Assembly (NCBI GenBank): GCA_002104945.1
Contig: MCFH01000066.1
Span: forward strand, 124,001 to 188,000
From: Piromyces finnis finn
Taxonomy: Eukaryota > Fungi > Neocallimastigomycota
DNA length: 64,000 nucleotides
Direction: 5' to 3'
Shown here: positions 1 to 10,517 of the stretch, piece after piece
Position numbering within the stretch: position 1 is the stretch's first letter
Layout of the letters: every line of letters starts with the position of its first letter
Notes under the pieces: generated by a model
Databases searched by the model: none
Told to the model about the DNA's origin: nothing
What the model saw: only the letters and a program-made list of their open reading frames with translations
Program-made: the position numbers and the translations under genes

Positions 1-38
1 ATTTAAATAATATAAAATAAAAAAAATATTTTTTATTA

Positions 39-60
39 AATAATAATAATAATAATACTG

Positions 61-118
<58 letters not shown>

Positions 119-155
119 TAATAATAACAATAATAATAATAATAATAATAATAAT
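39..155. repeat. (AAT)n microsatellite, slightly imperfect
   Basis: Direct reading; interrupted by a few AAC/ACT units. Confidence 0.95.
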
Positions 156-1225
156 AGAAATGGGGAAATAGATTTTTATTAACAAGGTTAACACAAAAAA
201 TTGCATTGAAAATAAAAACAGCTATAGAATGAGATGTGGGTCTATGCAAACCATAAGGAATAACAAACTCTAAAACACGTAGAAATTACATTTACAGCAC
301 TTTTACCTATTTATATTTTTATAAAATAGACAGGTGTGTTCATAAATAGATGATATAGACATGATGGTTCACAATTATATTTAATACTTTTTTATTATTA
401 AAACGTAATATTCAAGTTAAATAAAAAAAACTTTTAAATAATTATAATTTTATTTCTGTAAATTTTCTTTTTATTATTATTTCCATTATTATTTTTTTTA
501 GATAAAATAATGCATTCATAAATACTTGATAGTAAAATAAATAAAAAAAGTCTTTATTCTTTCATAAATAAATTAATCAACATTAACTATTAAAAAAACG
601 ATGCATTTTTTTTATTATTTTGTCAATTTATTATAATGTTAGAGTTTATTTCAACCTTAAACTTTTACATGTTTTATTATGGATGATACATTTAATCAAT
701 TACAATTACAATACATTTTAATTACATTGAATACACATTTCATTTTCAAATATTCTTTTATTAAAATCTAGGTATTGTTATTCCTAGGTATAAATAATTT
801 GATTTATAGGTGAATACGAGGTTGTATTTATATCTATGTAGATCTATGTATATTCAATGATTTTTAAATTACAATATCAAATTTTACAATTAATATTTAT
901 AATTTTAAATATACCCCATGTTAAAAAGTAGGCTATAATTCATTAAATGTAGGGTTTGATAGCTTTAATAACTATCATTATCTTAATAAAGTTAATGAGA
1001 AAAATGTTATCATTAATTGTTTTATGTTTTGATATTAAATCAAATGATTTTAATTAATGAAAAAGTAGGGTTTTTCACTATTAAAATATAATCTATTTGT
1101 ATATTTATAATTTACTTATTTTTATAATTAAATATAAAAGATTTGATTTTAATTGTGTGTTTTAGATAAGAAATAAGGTTTAACTTTTACTAAAATTGAC
1201 CTAATGAATAACTCTTCAAATAAAA

Positions 1226-1448
1226 TTAGATTTTGTCATTGAAGAAATCAACAGCGGCAGAGAAAAAACCATCTTTTGTTATTTTTTCACCTAACCTATT
1301 TTCCCATTGTTTAAAGTTTGGGTGGTTTGCGATTTGTTTCCATAAACCTTGGTATTCACCATTTTTTATCTGAGGATTGAGCTACTGTTTTTAAATTTTC
1401 AAAAATGTCTGGTCCACTTTGTGCTAATTGAACAATAACTTTTTCCAT
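1226..1448 (-). pseudogene. Possible small (~73 aa) protein gene broken by one extra A in a homopolymer
   Basis: GC-richer island. ATG at 1448 gives MEKVIVQLAQSGPDIFENLKTVAQSSDK; removing one A from the A6 run near 1365 continues NGEYQGLWKQIANHPNFKQWENRLGEKITKDGFFSAAVDFFNDKI*. No family recognised. Confidence 0.3.
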
Positions 1449-2453
1449 TTTTATAAATTGTATATTAAACTACTACTGTTTGTTTATATTTAATGTGAAA
1501 TATTAGTATTTTATTATATTTTGAATAGGTAAAACTATAATAAATATTGGCTTTATTATTTTTTTTTTTTGAAATTTCATTGAAATTTATATTTTTTAAA
1601 AAATTTGATTTTTTTTTTTTTATGTTAAAAAAACTTAATCCTTTTCATCAGTTATTTTCTATTACATCTTTATTATCATCATTAGTATTGTCATTAATGT
1701 TGTTGTTATTACTGTTGTTGTCTTAAATTTTTATATAAACAATTATAAAAAAAAATTAAAAACTCGATTGTCGTAAATTTAAATTTTTAAAAATGTTTCA
1801 TCTATTATATTTAAATTTATTAATGAAAAAAAAAAAAAGGAATTAAATGTTCCGTTTTATATTTCTTTCTTTACAACAAATTATAAATAAATAAATGAAT
1901 GAATATAAAATTAATAAGTTCACTCTATTCATTTCAGTTTATTTTTATTCTAATTTGAGTTTTTAAGAACAAAACTAAAGGAATTTAATTTAAATTTCAA
2001 AAAAAAAACCATTTAAAAAAATTAAATTAAATAATAAAATAAAAAAGTATCATAAAAAAATTCTTTTTTATCTAAAAGTAGCATTAAATTATTATTATCG
2101 ACAACACGTTTACATTTAAAATAAAAAGTACTTAAATATATAAGTACTTTTATTCCTTTTATTATTTTATGATGGAATTTCAATCAGATGAAAATATTCA
2201 TGATTTAAAAGGGTTAGATTTTTACTATTAAAAAAAATTTTTTTTTGTACGGAATGCTTCATTTTTTTTTATAGTAAGCAGAGATTTTGTTGTGTTTATG
2301 AATAAAGAAATGCTTATTTTAATGAAATAGCACTTTGCCTAGTGGAATAGTAAGTTCACTAAATAATGACCTAAAAAAATTATAAAGTGATTATATATAA
2401 CTCTCTTAACCTTGTTGAAAATAGGAATCTTTTAAGAAAAAGTAAAAATTACA

Positions 2454-2570
2454 TTTTTTTCAATACTATTTTCATTATTTACTTTTTATTTTTATTAGGA
2501 TTGTTATTAAATTTTTTTTCAATACTATTTCCATTATTTACTTTTTATTTTTATTAGGATTGTTATTAAA
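2454..2570. repeat. Tandem duplication, period 59 bp, two copies
   Basis: caatactattttcattatttactttttatttttattaggattgttattaaa at 2461 recurs near-identically at 2520. Confidence 0.9.
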
Positions 2571-3259
2571 TACATTTATTTATTTACTTTAATCCTCAGA
2601 CAGGGTTGTACACAAAAGTAATCAATAAACTACTTTATAATTAAATGAAAAAAAAAAAAAAAAAAAACACCATCACAAATATTATTTATGATAAAAATAA
2701 AGTGACCAATGCTACATATTAACATCTACATGGATGATCAAGTATCTTACAATCCTATTTATGTGTCATAATAAATATTTTAATTATTAAAAATCGGTTT
2801 TATAATTGAGTTTGAACCCAAAATAGAATGCTTTAATTAGAAAATGAGGTATCCCTTTTAAAATTATTTTTAATCCATATAATTAGATACAACGTTGTTT
2901 TATCTTTATTTTAAAGCTATTTATATGACATAAACTCATTTATTTTTAATCATAAATTTCATATATTTTTTTATCGTTCACTTATTGTGAAAATAAAATG
3001 CATTCCAAAATAATGTTTTATGTATTTTTTTTATGTATTTATATTTTATAAAATTATAAATTAATAGGATACCACATTTCTTTTATTCTTTGGTTATTTT
3101 TTAAAGATTTAAGAAATTTACAATAGTTAGAGTATAAAAATAAATATAAATACATAAAAGAATATTAAACCCAAATAAAGTGTAAAAGTAAATTTATTTG
3201 ATGACAGATTAAGCGTCTCAATTGCTCCTATATTTTTAAAAAAAATTATTTAATACGTC

Positions 3260-3715
3260 TGAAGAAGGAAATTCTAATGGAATTACTGGATCAGCTCCTA
3301 TGTTCGATCCTACCGTTATGTTAGGAAAGGCCACTTATGAATTAAATAGTAAAAATTTAAAATTTCATAACGTGGCAAATGTTTATGAGGAACATCTTAA
3401 ATTATTATGGTCTTGAAGATTGGGTTGATGAAAACAAAACGCCAAAAATCAAAAGTGACGAAGAAATGGATATAGATGGAAAAGAATATCTAAAGGCTCC
3501 TTTTGAAGTTAATACCTACTATGATAAAAACGTAACTGAAAGTGTCCTGATAACTGACAGGAATATCCAATTTTTAATTAGATATACTCTAGTACCAAAT
3601 ACACAACAAGCTATTCAAGATAGATCCTTAACCAGTTACGAAATATGGAAACTACTAGAAGATATCCATTTAGGGGGGATAAAATAGAAAGGAAGAATAG
3701 ATTCATTAAAAAAAC
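3260..3715 (+). pseudogene. gag: Ty1/Copia-type gag N-terminal fragment
   Basis: ORF 3379-3687 plus frameshifted upstream part: YELNSKN..TWQMFMRNILNYYGLEDWV...YEIWKLLED resembles Copia gag N-termini; truncated. Confidence 0.5.
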
Positions 3716-3830
3716 AAATTCCCAATCTATCTGTTCCTTCTTTGGTATTGAACTTAAGTTGTCTATTCCTTTCCATCATCAGTCAAACGGTCAGACGGAG
3801 AGGGTAAACTCCATTATCGAACAATATTTA

Positions 3831-4811
3831 TGTAATGGCGACACAGAAAGAATAGATTAGGATATCTATTCTATTACAATAACACTAAATTTAAAATAAA
3901 AATAAAAATTGTTTTATTAAAAATATCTTTTATTATAATAGAATTTTAATAATAACAATTACATCGATAAAATGATGAAAAATATCTTCTATTTATATTT
4001 TTCCTAAATACATTTATATTATATTATAACTATTTATTTCTTATATATTATTATTTAAAATCTACACTAATGTAACGAAATATTATAATAATAAACACAC
4101 ACACTCTAATGTATCAAATATATATGTATTTTTTTAATAATGTTTATTTATTAAATTTTATTATTATAATACGACTAACTCGCTAGGTCAGTGTATTATC
4201 AAACTAAAGACGAAACAAAAAAACTAATTTTTATTAATTATTAATAAAAACACTAAAGAACTATTTTATCTTTCTTATTCTCTCTTTTATACATGAAAAT
4301 TATTTTTTTTTTTTTTTAATACAATTTGATAAGTGAATTAATTACTTAATGATTGGTTATAAAAATATAATTATGAAATTTTCATTAATCTAACCTTAAT
4401 GATTTTCTAGTCTAACCCTTATCATTAGATATACCTCATTACAACTAAAATCTTAATTATTAATAAATATTTAAACTATAACTATTTTTAGTAAAATACA
4501 ATTGGCAATTCAAATTAAGTACTATTTAATTTGAATATGTGCCCATGTATTATTGATATATTAATCATTTATTATTTATCTATTTCTATAAAAAAACAAT
4601 ACTAAAACTAGGGATTTAAATTGAGAATATTAATTTACTTGTTAAACATTAAAAATAAATTAATAATTTATTTTGTTTTAAACTTTAATTATTAATAAAT
4701 AAATTATGTCTCATTATCTTTTTCTGAATATAATTTGTGTAACTTAAACAATAATACTTGTGGCTTAAGTTACATTAAAGATATCAAACAGAGGCGTTTG
4801 ATATCTTTACA
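3831..4811 (-). mobile_element. Solo LTR, family X (antisense), with solo LTR Y nested inside
   Basis: TGTAATGGCG...ATCTTTACA termini; 5-bp TSD ATTTA at 3826-3830 and 4812-4816; five more copies in the window. Confidence 0.92.
4071..4443. mobile_element. Solo LTR, family Y (373 bp)
   Basis: TGTAAC...CATTACA termini; TSD ACTAA at 4066-4070 and 4444-4448; the X sequence is continuous across it. Confidence 0.85.
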
Positions 4812-5072
4812 ATTTAAGATACTTCTCAAATTATAAAGATTCAAATTGGAAAAGTTTTCTTAGTCTTGCGGAAATGAGCTATAACAACGTGGTTCAAGAA
4901 TCATCCAAAAATTTCTTCATTTTTCTTGAATTACGGCTTTCATCCAACATATTCACCAGTTATTCCAGATCGATCTAATGTACCAAAAATCGAAGAGTTT
5001 ACAAGAAATTTCAAAACTTTAATTAATACATTAAAAGAAAATCTCAAAGCTGTCGTCGAAATTCAAAAGAAG

Positions 5073-5848
5073 TGTAAAGATATAATGTATATCTTTAGAT
5101 TACTTAAATAACTAATATTTAGTAAAATTGATTATAAAGTTTTTGGAATAAATTTTATGGAATAATTTAATAATAAATTATTTTATAATAATTCCGTTAA
5201 ATTTAAATTAAGATAAATATTTAAATTTAAGGAATAAAAGAATCTTAATTAAATTTAACTATTTCAAATATTTTAAATATTCATAATAATTTTTAAATAC
5301 TTTTTATTTAATTTTAGAATAGATTATACTTTTTTATTTAAATTTAGAATAGTATAATAATTTTAACTTAGTTTTAAAAATAGATTTGTTTATATTTCAA
5401 TAGGAAATATATTAAGAATAGTATTGATATTATTAAACTTATTTATAGATAATACATGGACTTTATTCAATTTTGAGTTTATTCAAATTGAATTAAAAGT
5501 ATAATGAATTAGTTCTAGTTTAGTTCTGTTATTTTATTATTTAATTAGATTAGTGTTGTTTATTTTATATTAAATATATGTTTATTTAAATAGAATAATA
5601 TATTAGAATATAATTATGAAAAAATATAAATACATGTAGTTGTTTGTTCAATCGATGTAATTGTTATTTTTAATTTTTTAATTATTACCTATTATATACT
5701 ATTATATAGTTAATAATATTTTTAAGAGTTTTAAATAAAATGCTTTTTTTTTAAAATAAGAATTTAATGTTTTATTTTTCTAATTTTGTGTTAATAAAAA
5801 TTATTTTGTTTTAAGTATAAAATCTGTTTTAAATTTTATACTTTTACA
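5073..5848 (+). mobile_element. Solo LTR, family Z (relative of the element B LTR)
   Basis: TGTAAAGATATAATGTATATCTTT...CTTTTACA; near-TSD AGAAG/AAAAG; integrase frame resumes after it; carries TATAAATA (5625) and GTAATTGTTAT (5657-5667). Confidence 0.8.
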
Positions 5849-6149
5849 AAAAGTATGATGACAAAATTAAAAAGGAAGCTCTAAATTTTAAAGTTGGTGA
5901 TGAAGTTTGGTTAGATAGTTCTTTAATTATCCACAAAGGAAATAAAAAATTTGTGGATGATTAGATATTATAACACCAAATCCAGGAGTTGGTGTGTTTA
6001 AAACAATTAATAAAATAAAAATTTATTAAAAATGTTAAATAACCGCTTAGAGAATCTTTCTTCAGTTGTCCAAAATTAATTCTATTTATATTTTTCAATT
6101 ATTTTACGGGATAATAAAAAAAAAACTAAATGACCAATCAGTATAAAAT

Positions 6150-6452
6150 TGTAAAAATTTTACAAAAAAACAGATTATAAAATTTTACAATAAAACAAAA
6201 ACACGAAAAAATAATAAAAAAAATAAAAAAATACAAAAAAAGTATCTTTTAAAATTCTCTTTTATTAATTTTATTTAGTTATTAACTAAATTATAGTCAA
6301 TAACAATTACATTCATTCAATTAAGAAATTTTACATGTATTTATATTTTTTATAAAATATATTTTAATATACTATTCTATTTAATTATACATATATTCAA
6401 TATAAAATAAACAAAAACCAATTTAGTACTAATTTAATTAAATAATAAAATA
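6150..6452 (-). mobile_element. Fragment of a B/Z-like LTR (3' half), antisense
   Basis: Matches the reverse complement of 39500-39820 in blocks; approximate ends. Confidence 0.6.
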
Positions 6453-7057
6453 ACAAACGTCACAGATTGATATCTTTAATGTAATTTAAGCCATAAATAT
6501 TATTGTTTAAGTTACACGAATTATATTACAGAAAATGGGACATAATTTATTTATTAATAATTAAAGTTTAAAACAAAATAAATTATTAATTTATTTTTAA
6601 TGTTTAACAAGTAAATTAAAATTCTCAATTCAAACCCCTAGTTTTAGTATTGTTTTGTAATAGAAACAGATATATAGTATATAATTATTAAATGATTAAT
6701 ATATCAATAATACATGGGCACATATTCAAATTGAATAGTACTTAATTTGAATTGCCAATTGTATTTTACTAAAAATAGTTATAGTTTAAATATTTATTAA
6801 TAATTAAAATTTTAGTGTAGATTTTAAATAATAATATATAAGAAATAAATAATTATAATATAATATAAATGTATTTAGGAAAAATATAAATAGAAGATAT
6901 TTTTCATCATTTTGATCGATGTAATTGTTATTAATAAAATTTCTATTATAATAAAAGATATTTTTTTAATAAAACAATTTTATTTCTTATTTTATTCATT
7001 TAGTGTTACTGTAATAGAATAGATATCCTAATCTATTTTTTTTGTGTCGATTTTACA
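6453..7057 (+). mobile_element. Family X 5' LTR (5' end eroded) of a truncated Gypsy element
   Basis: Homologous to 48673-49280; ends TTTTACA and is followed by a PBS and gag, which shows that X is an LTR and fixes its sense orientation. Confidence 0.82.
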
Positions 7058-7068
7058 ATAACAATTAC
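7058..7068 (+). promoter_or_regulatory. Self-priming-type PBS ATAACAATTAC
   Basis: Directly after the LTR; exact complement GTAATTGTTAT at 6921-6931, 36 nt after the start of TATAAATA (6885). Confidence 0.8.
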
Positions 7069-7397
7069 CAAATTACCTCAAGAGTATGTTAGGATATCTA
7101 CCACTGCTAGAAGAAAAATTTATCCAAGAATTGGATTGCTACTATAAAAGAATTTATTGAAGAACTTAGTTGCTACCAAATAGAAATAAAGTATATATAT
7201 TAAATTGATATACAAAATTTGTTCGACACTGTACAACAAGGTGCGTCTAAATAACTTTTTTATTGCTTAATATCACTTATTGTAAAAAAAAATTTTTAAG
7301 ATTACTTACTTGAAACAGTAGGAAGAAAACAATTATTTTTATTTATATTAGTAAGTTGGAGGATTTAATTAGTAAGTTTAAAAGTTTATATTTGGAC

Positions 7398-8510
7398 ATG
7401 AGTGATAGGACTGTGGGTGTTTCTGGGAACTCGGGGAACATTATTAATGTTCCACCGATATTCTCTAGTAAGCAACGTGAATTAGATGTATTTTTAACCA
7501 GAATTGAGTTGGTATTTCGTACTCAACCAGCACTGTATAATACCGATCGAGTCAAGGTCGAGTTTGTTATATCATACTTCTTTGGTAAACCTTTGAAATG
7601 GGCTTCAGTGTTGATGAAGAATAATAGTGGGATTTTAAACCATTATGATGAATTTGTGGATAGGTTGAAGGCTAATTTTGGCAGTTTTATTAAACAAAAG
7701 GTAATTGTTATTGTAAAAGTTTTATAAAAAATTAAAACAGATTATAACATTTTTTACAATAAAACAAAAAACACAAAATAAATAAAAAGAAACAATAAAA
7801 CAAAATATATTTAAAATATCTCTTTTATTGATTTTATTTAGTTATTAATTAAATAATAAGTCAATAACAATTGTTTTAATCAAGAAATTTTACATGTATT
7901 TATATTTTTTGTAAATTATATTTTAATATACTATTCTATTTAATTATACATATATTCAATATAAAATAAACAAAACTAATTTAATACTAATTTAATTAAA
8001 TGATAAAATAATAAAACTAAACTAAAACTAATTAAATACACTTTTGATTCAATTTGAGTAAACTACAAATTGAATACAGTCCATGTATTACCTATATATT
8101 AATTAAATATTAATAATACTATTTATTATATATTTGCTATTAAAAAAATGCTAATTTAAAACTACACTAAAGTTATTAAACTAATTTTAATTAAATAAAA
8201 ACTTTTTAAGATTAAATTTGAATATTTAAAATATTTAAATTTAATTATCCATTAATTTAAATATTCATCCAATTTTCATTTCTAACTTTGATATTTAGTT
8301 ATTATTTAATAATTATTAATTAATTATTAAATAATTTAAAGATATATTTTATATCTTTACAATACCGTTGTAGTTAACGGTAAATTAGATAATCTTCGCC
8401 AAAGGAAACTTGGTCAGGTATTAGATTACATTACTGAGTTTCAACGAATTAGCCAAAATTCAAAATTTAATGATAGCGCATAAATCTACCATGTTTCTGA
8501 AAGGTTTATT
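7398..8510 (+). pseudogene. gag: Ty3/Gypsy gag (family X), interrupted by an antisense LTR
   Basis: VPPIFSSKQRELDVFLTRIEL...KANFG, resuming at 8362 TVVVNGKLDNLRQRKLGQVLDYITEFQRISQNSKFNDSA*; homologous to element B gag (40387). Confidence 0.88.
7686..8361 (-). mobile_element. B-like 5' LTR (8361-7712) plus PBS (7711-7701) and leader stub, antisense, inside the X gag
   Basis: Reverse complement begins TGTAAAGATATAAAAATATATCTTT and ends AAAACTTTTACA|ATAACAATTACC, as at 39821; no TSD and a few gag codons are missing. Confidence 0.8.
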
Positions 8511-8512
8511 AC

Positions 8513-8790
8513 TGTAATGTTTTTATTAGATAAATAATAATATTATTGTATCAATAAAAACTAAATTTTACCACATTAGATATACACTAAAATAAGTAAT
8601 TTGTTTTTTTAGAAAAATAATTTTTTATTAATAAAAATCTGGAAATTAATTTTATTTATTAATTAGTATTTGTATTGTTTTAAATTACTTATTTCTAATT
8701 AATAAAAACAAGAAGAAAAATTTTTTAATGAAAAATTCACTCGTATTTATACTTTTTATAAAAATTTTTAGAATTTCTAAGAATTAATTT
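8513..8790 (-). mobile_element. V-like LTR 3' fragment, antisense
   Basis: TGTAA at 8513; aaattcactcgtatttatac is the reverse complement of the V-family TATA block (tataaatacgagtgaaatt, ~23755). Confidence 0.5.
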
Positions 8791-8791
8791 A

Positions 8792-9345
8792 TTTTTTTTT
8801 TTTTTAACTTCCGAGTGCATTTCTCCCATCGATCAGAGTTAGCTCCAATGGTGGTTCTTAGAGAAACGTTGGCTCATTCCTATTGCTAGGTGGTTGTGAC
8901 CCTCCTGGTCTGTCATACTGTTTCTTCAGCTTCGACGCTCACTTAATCCATGTACATTAGATGCATGTCGTTGTACGATATTTCACAACTACAATGCTAA
9001 GCCTCTTATAGTCAATTTGATCACATGTCAACCGCCCCCTAATGTTTACACTTAAATTGATTAAGGAATATTATGTGTTTTTGGCATAGCCTAAGTCACC
9101 ACTTATTAAGTTCTAATTTGGAATGTACCATGTACACTAGACCCTCTCAGGCCGGCTAGACGAGTGTTATTATCATAGTAGTAAATTAGAAAGTTCATTT
9201 ATACTTACCTGAATATCATAACCCAACCCATGGCAAACCCAGTGGGAAAATCCACAGGCACTGACATCTGCGGGGTCGAACCAGAAGCCTTATGTATGCT
9301 AAGGAAACGCCTTAACAATCAGGATAAAAACTGGAACGACAAGAA
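8792..9345 (-). mobile_element. LINE 3'-end fragment with poly(A) (tail family R, copy 1)
   Basis: Poly-T 8792-8805; homologous to 27509-27850 and 51490-51673; shares GAGCGTC..GCTGAAGAAA-CAGTA..CCAGGAG with the 3' end of the LINE at ~31250-31290. Confidence 0.65.
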
Positions 9346-10032
9346 TTAATTTATATCACAATACATTAACATAAATTTATAAAAAATTTTATTTTATGAT
9401 AAGATAAAGTTTTTGATGATAAAATAAAATTTTAAATTAAATAATTTTTAACCAATAAATATTTTAGATAATAAAAAAATTTTTTTATAAACTAAGCCTC
9501 AAAATTAGAAATAAATAAATTGAATATATGTTTGAAATATAATTAACCATATAGTAAATAAATCAAAATTTTATTTTAAGTTTAGAAAATTCTTTAGTAA
9601 ATAAATTGAATTTAAATAGTTTAATACAAATAATTTCTTTTAATAAATGTATAAATGTAAACAATGTAAAATTATAATATTAAAACATGTATATTAGAAT
9701 TTATTCAATTTATTTAAAAAGTATAAATAAAGAAAATTTTTCAACTATTGAAACGATAGTTGGAAAATCGTATAGGTTAATTTTGTTTAGATAAATTAAC
9801 ATTAGTTTATAATTAGTTTATAGTTTAGATTAATAATTTTAGTTTTAAATAAATATAAATTGATTACCTAGTGAGGGCTCTGGTAAAATATCCTTCACGG
9901 TAAAGTAATCAACGGTTGTTTAGTTAGTATAGTTTTAAAAATAAATAAATAAATAAATAAAAATTATTATTAAAAATAATTAGTTTAATTGTTTAGTGTT
10001 GTATACAAACCTGAACTTTAGAATATTTTACA

Positions 10033-10043
10033 ATTTTCCAACT
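10033..10043 (+). promoter_or_regulatory. Self-priming-type PBS ATTTTCCAACT
   Basis: Exact complement AGTTGGAAAAT at 9758-9768, 36 nt after TATAAATA (9722); the same arrangement occurs at 35302-35312 / 35027-35037. Confidence 0.85.
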
Positions 10044-10517
10044 TGTTAGAATAGGAAGTTCACCTTTGTATACGAATAGTAATAGAAAATAATATTATAA
10101 AAAAAAAAAAAAAAAATTAATTATAGTGAGAATTTAATAATAGAATTAAATTCGGGGATTATATAAAAAATATTAATATTAAAAAAGAAAAAAAAAAAAA
10201 TTTTTTTTTGTTAGAAATTAATTTTAGTTAATTTCGGGGTATTTTAAAATTATTTGGTATAGAATAATTTGTTGTTAAAATAGTTTAATAGTTAATAATC
10301 AATAAATAATAATAATAAAGATATATTAGTTTGGTTAATAACTAGTTGTTAGTTTAGTAGTAGTAAATAATAAAAAGGTTAGTATAGTATAATAATAAGG
10401 TTGTTAAATTATTTATTTAATATAAGAATAAAATAATTAGGAATAGTCAAGTTGAATAGTATAAATAATTGGGATATTAAATATTGGTTGACTATTTGTT
10501 GTTTATTAAGTAGTAAT

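Larger units (their letters stand above)
3725..5950 (+). pseudogene. pol: Ty3/Gypsy integrase core/C-terminal fragment split by solo LTRs X(+Y) and Z
   Basis: HHQSNGQTERVNSIIEQYL|RYFSNYKDSNW..LAEMSYNN..NYGFHP..EFTRNF..|YDDKIKKEALNFKVGDEVWLDSSL reads through once the inserts are removed; similar to the minus-strand integrase at 48127-48672. Confidence 0.85.

Noticed and set aside
3831-4811. Family X as a MITE or Helitron because of terminal hairpins
   Set aside because: TG..CA ends, 5-bp TSDs and the copy at 6453-7057 followed by a PBS and gag show it is an LTR.
9201-9211. ATACTTACCTG, identical to the U1 snRNA 5' end
   Set aside because: No U1-70K loop, U1A loop or Sm site follows; it is simply the complement of a CAGGTAAGTAT splice-donor-like string.
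9272-9282. B-box-like GGTTCGACCCC on the minus strand, suggesting a tRNA-headed SINE
   Set aside because: No A box at tRNA spacing and no cloverleaf; the segment also translates like a LINE ORF2 C-terminal remnant.
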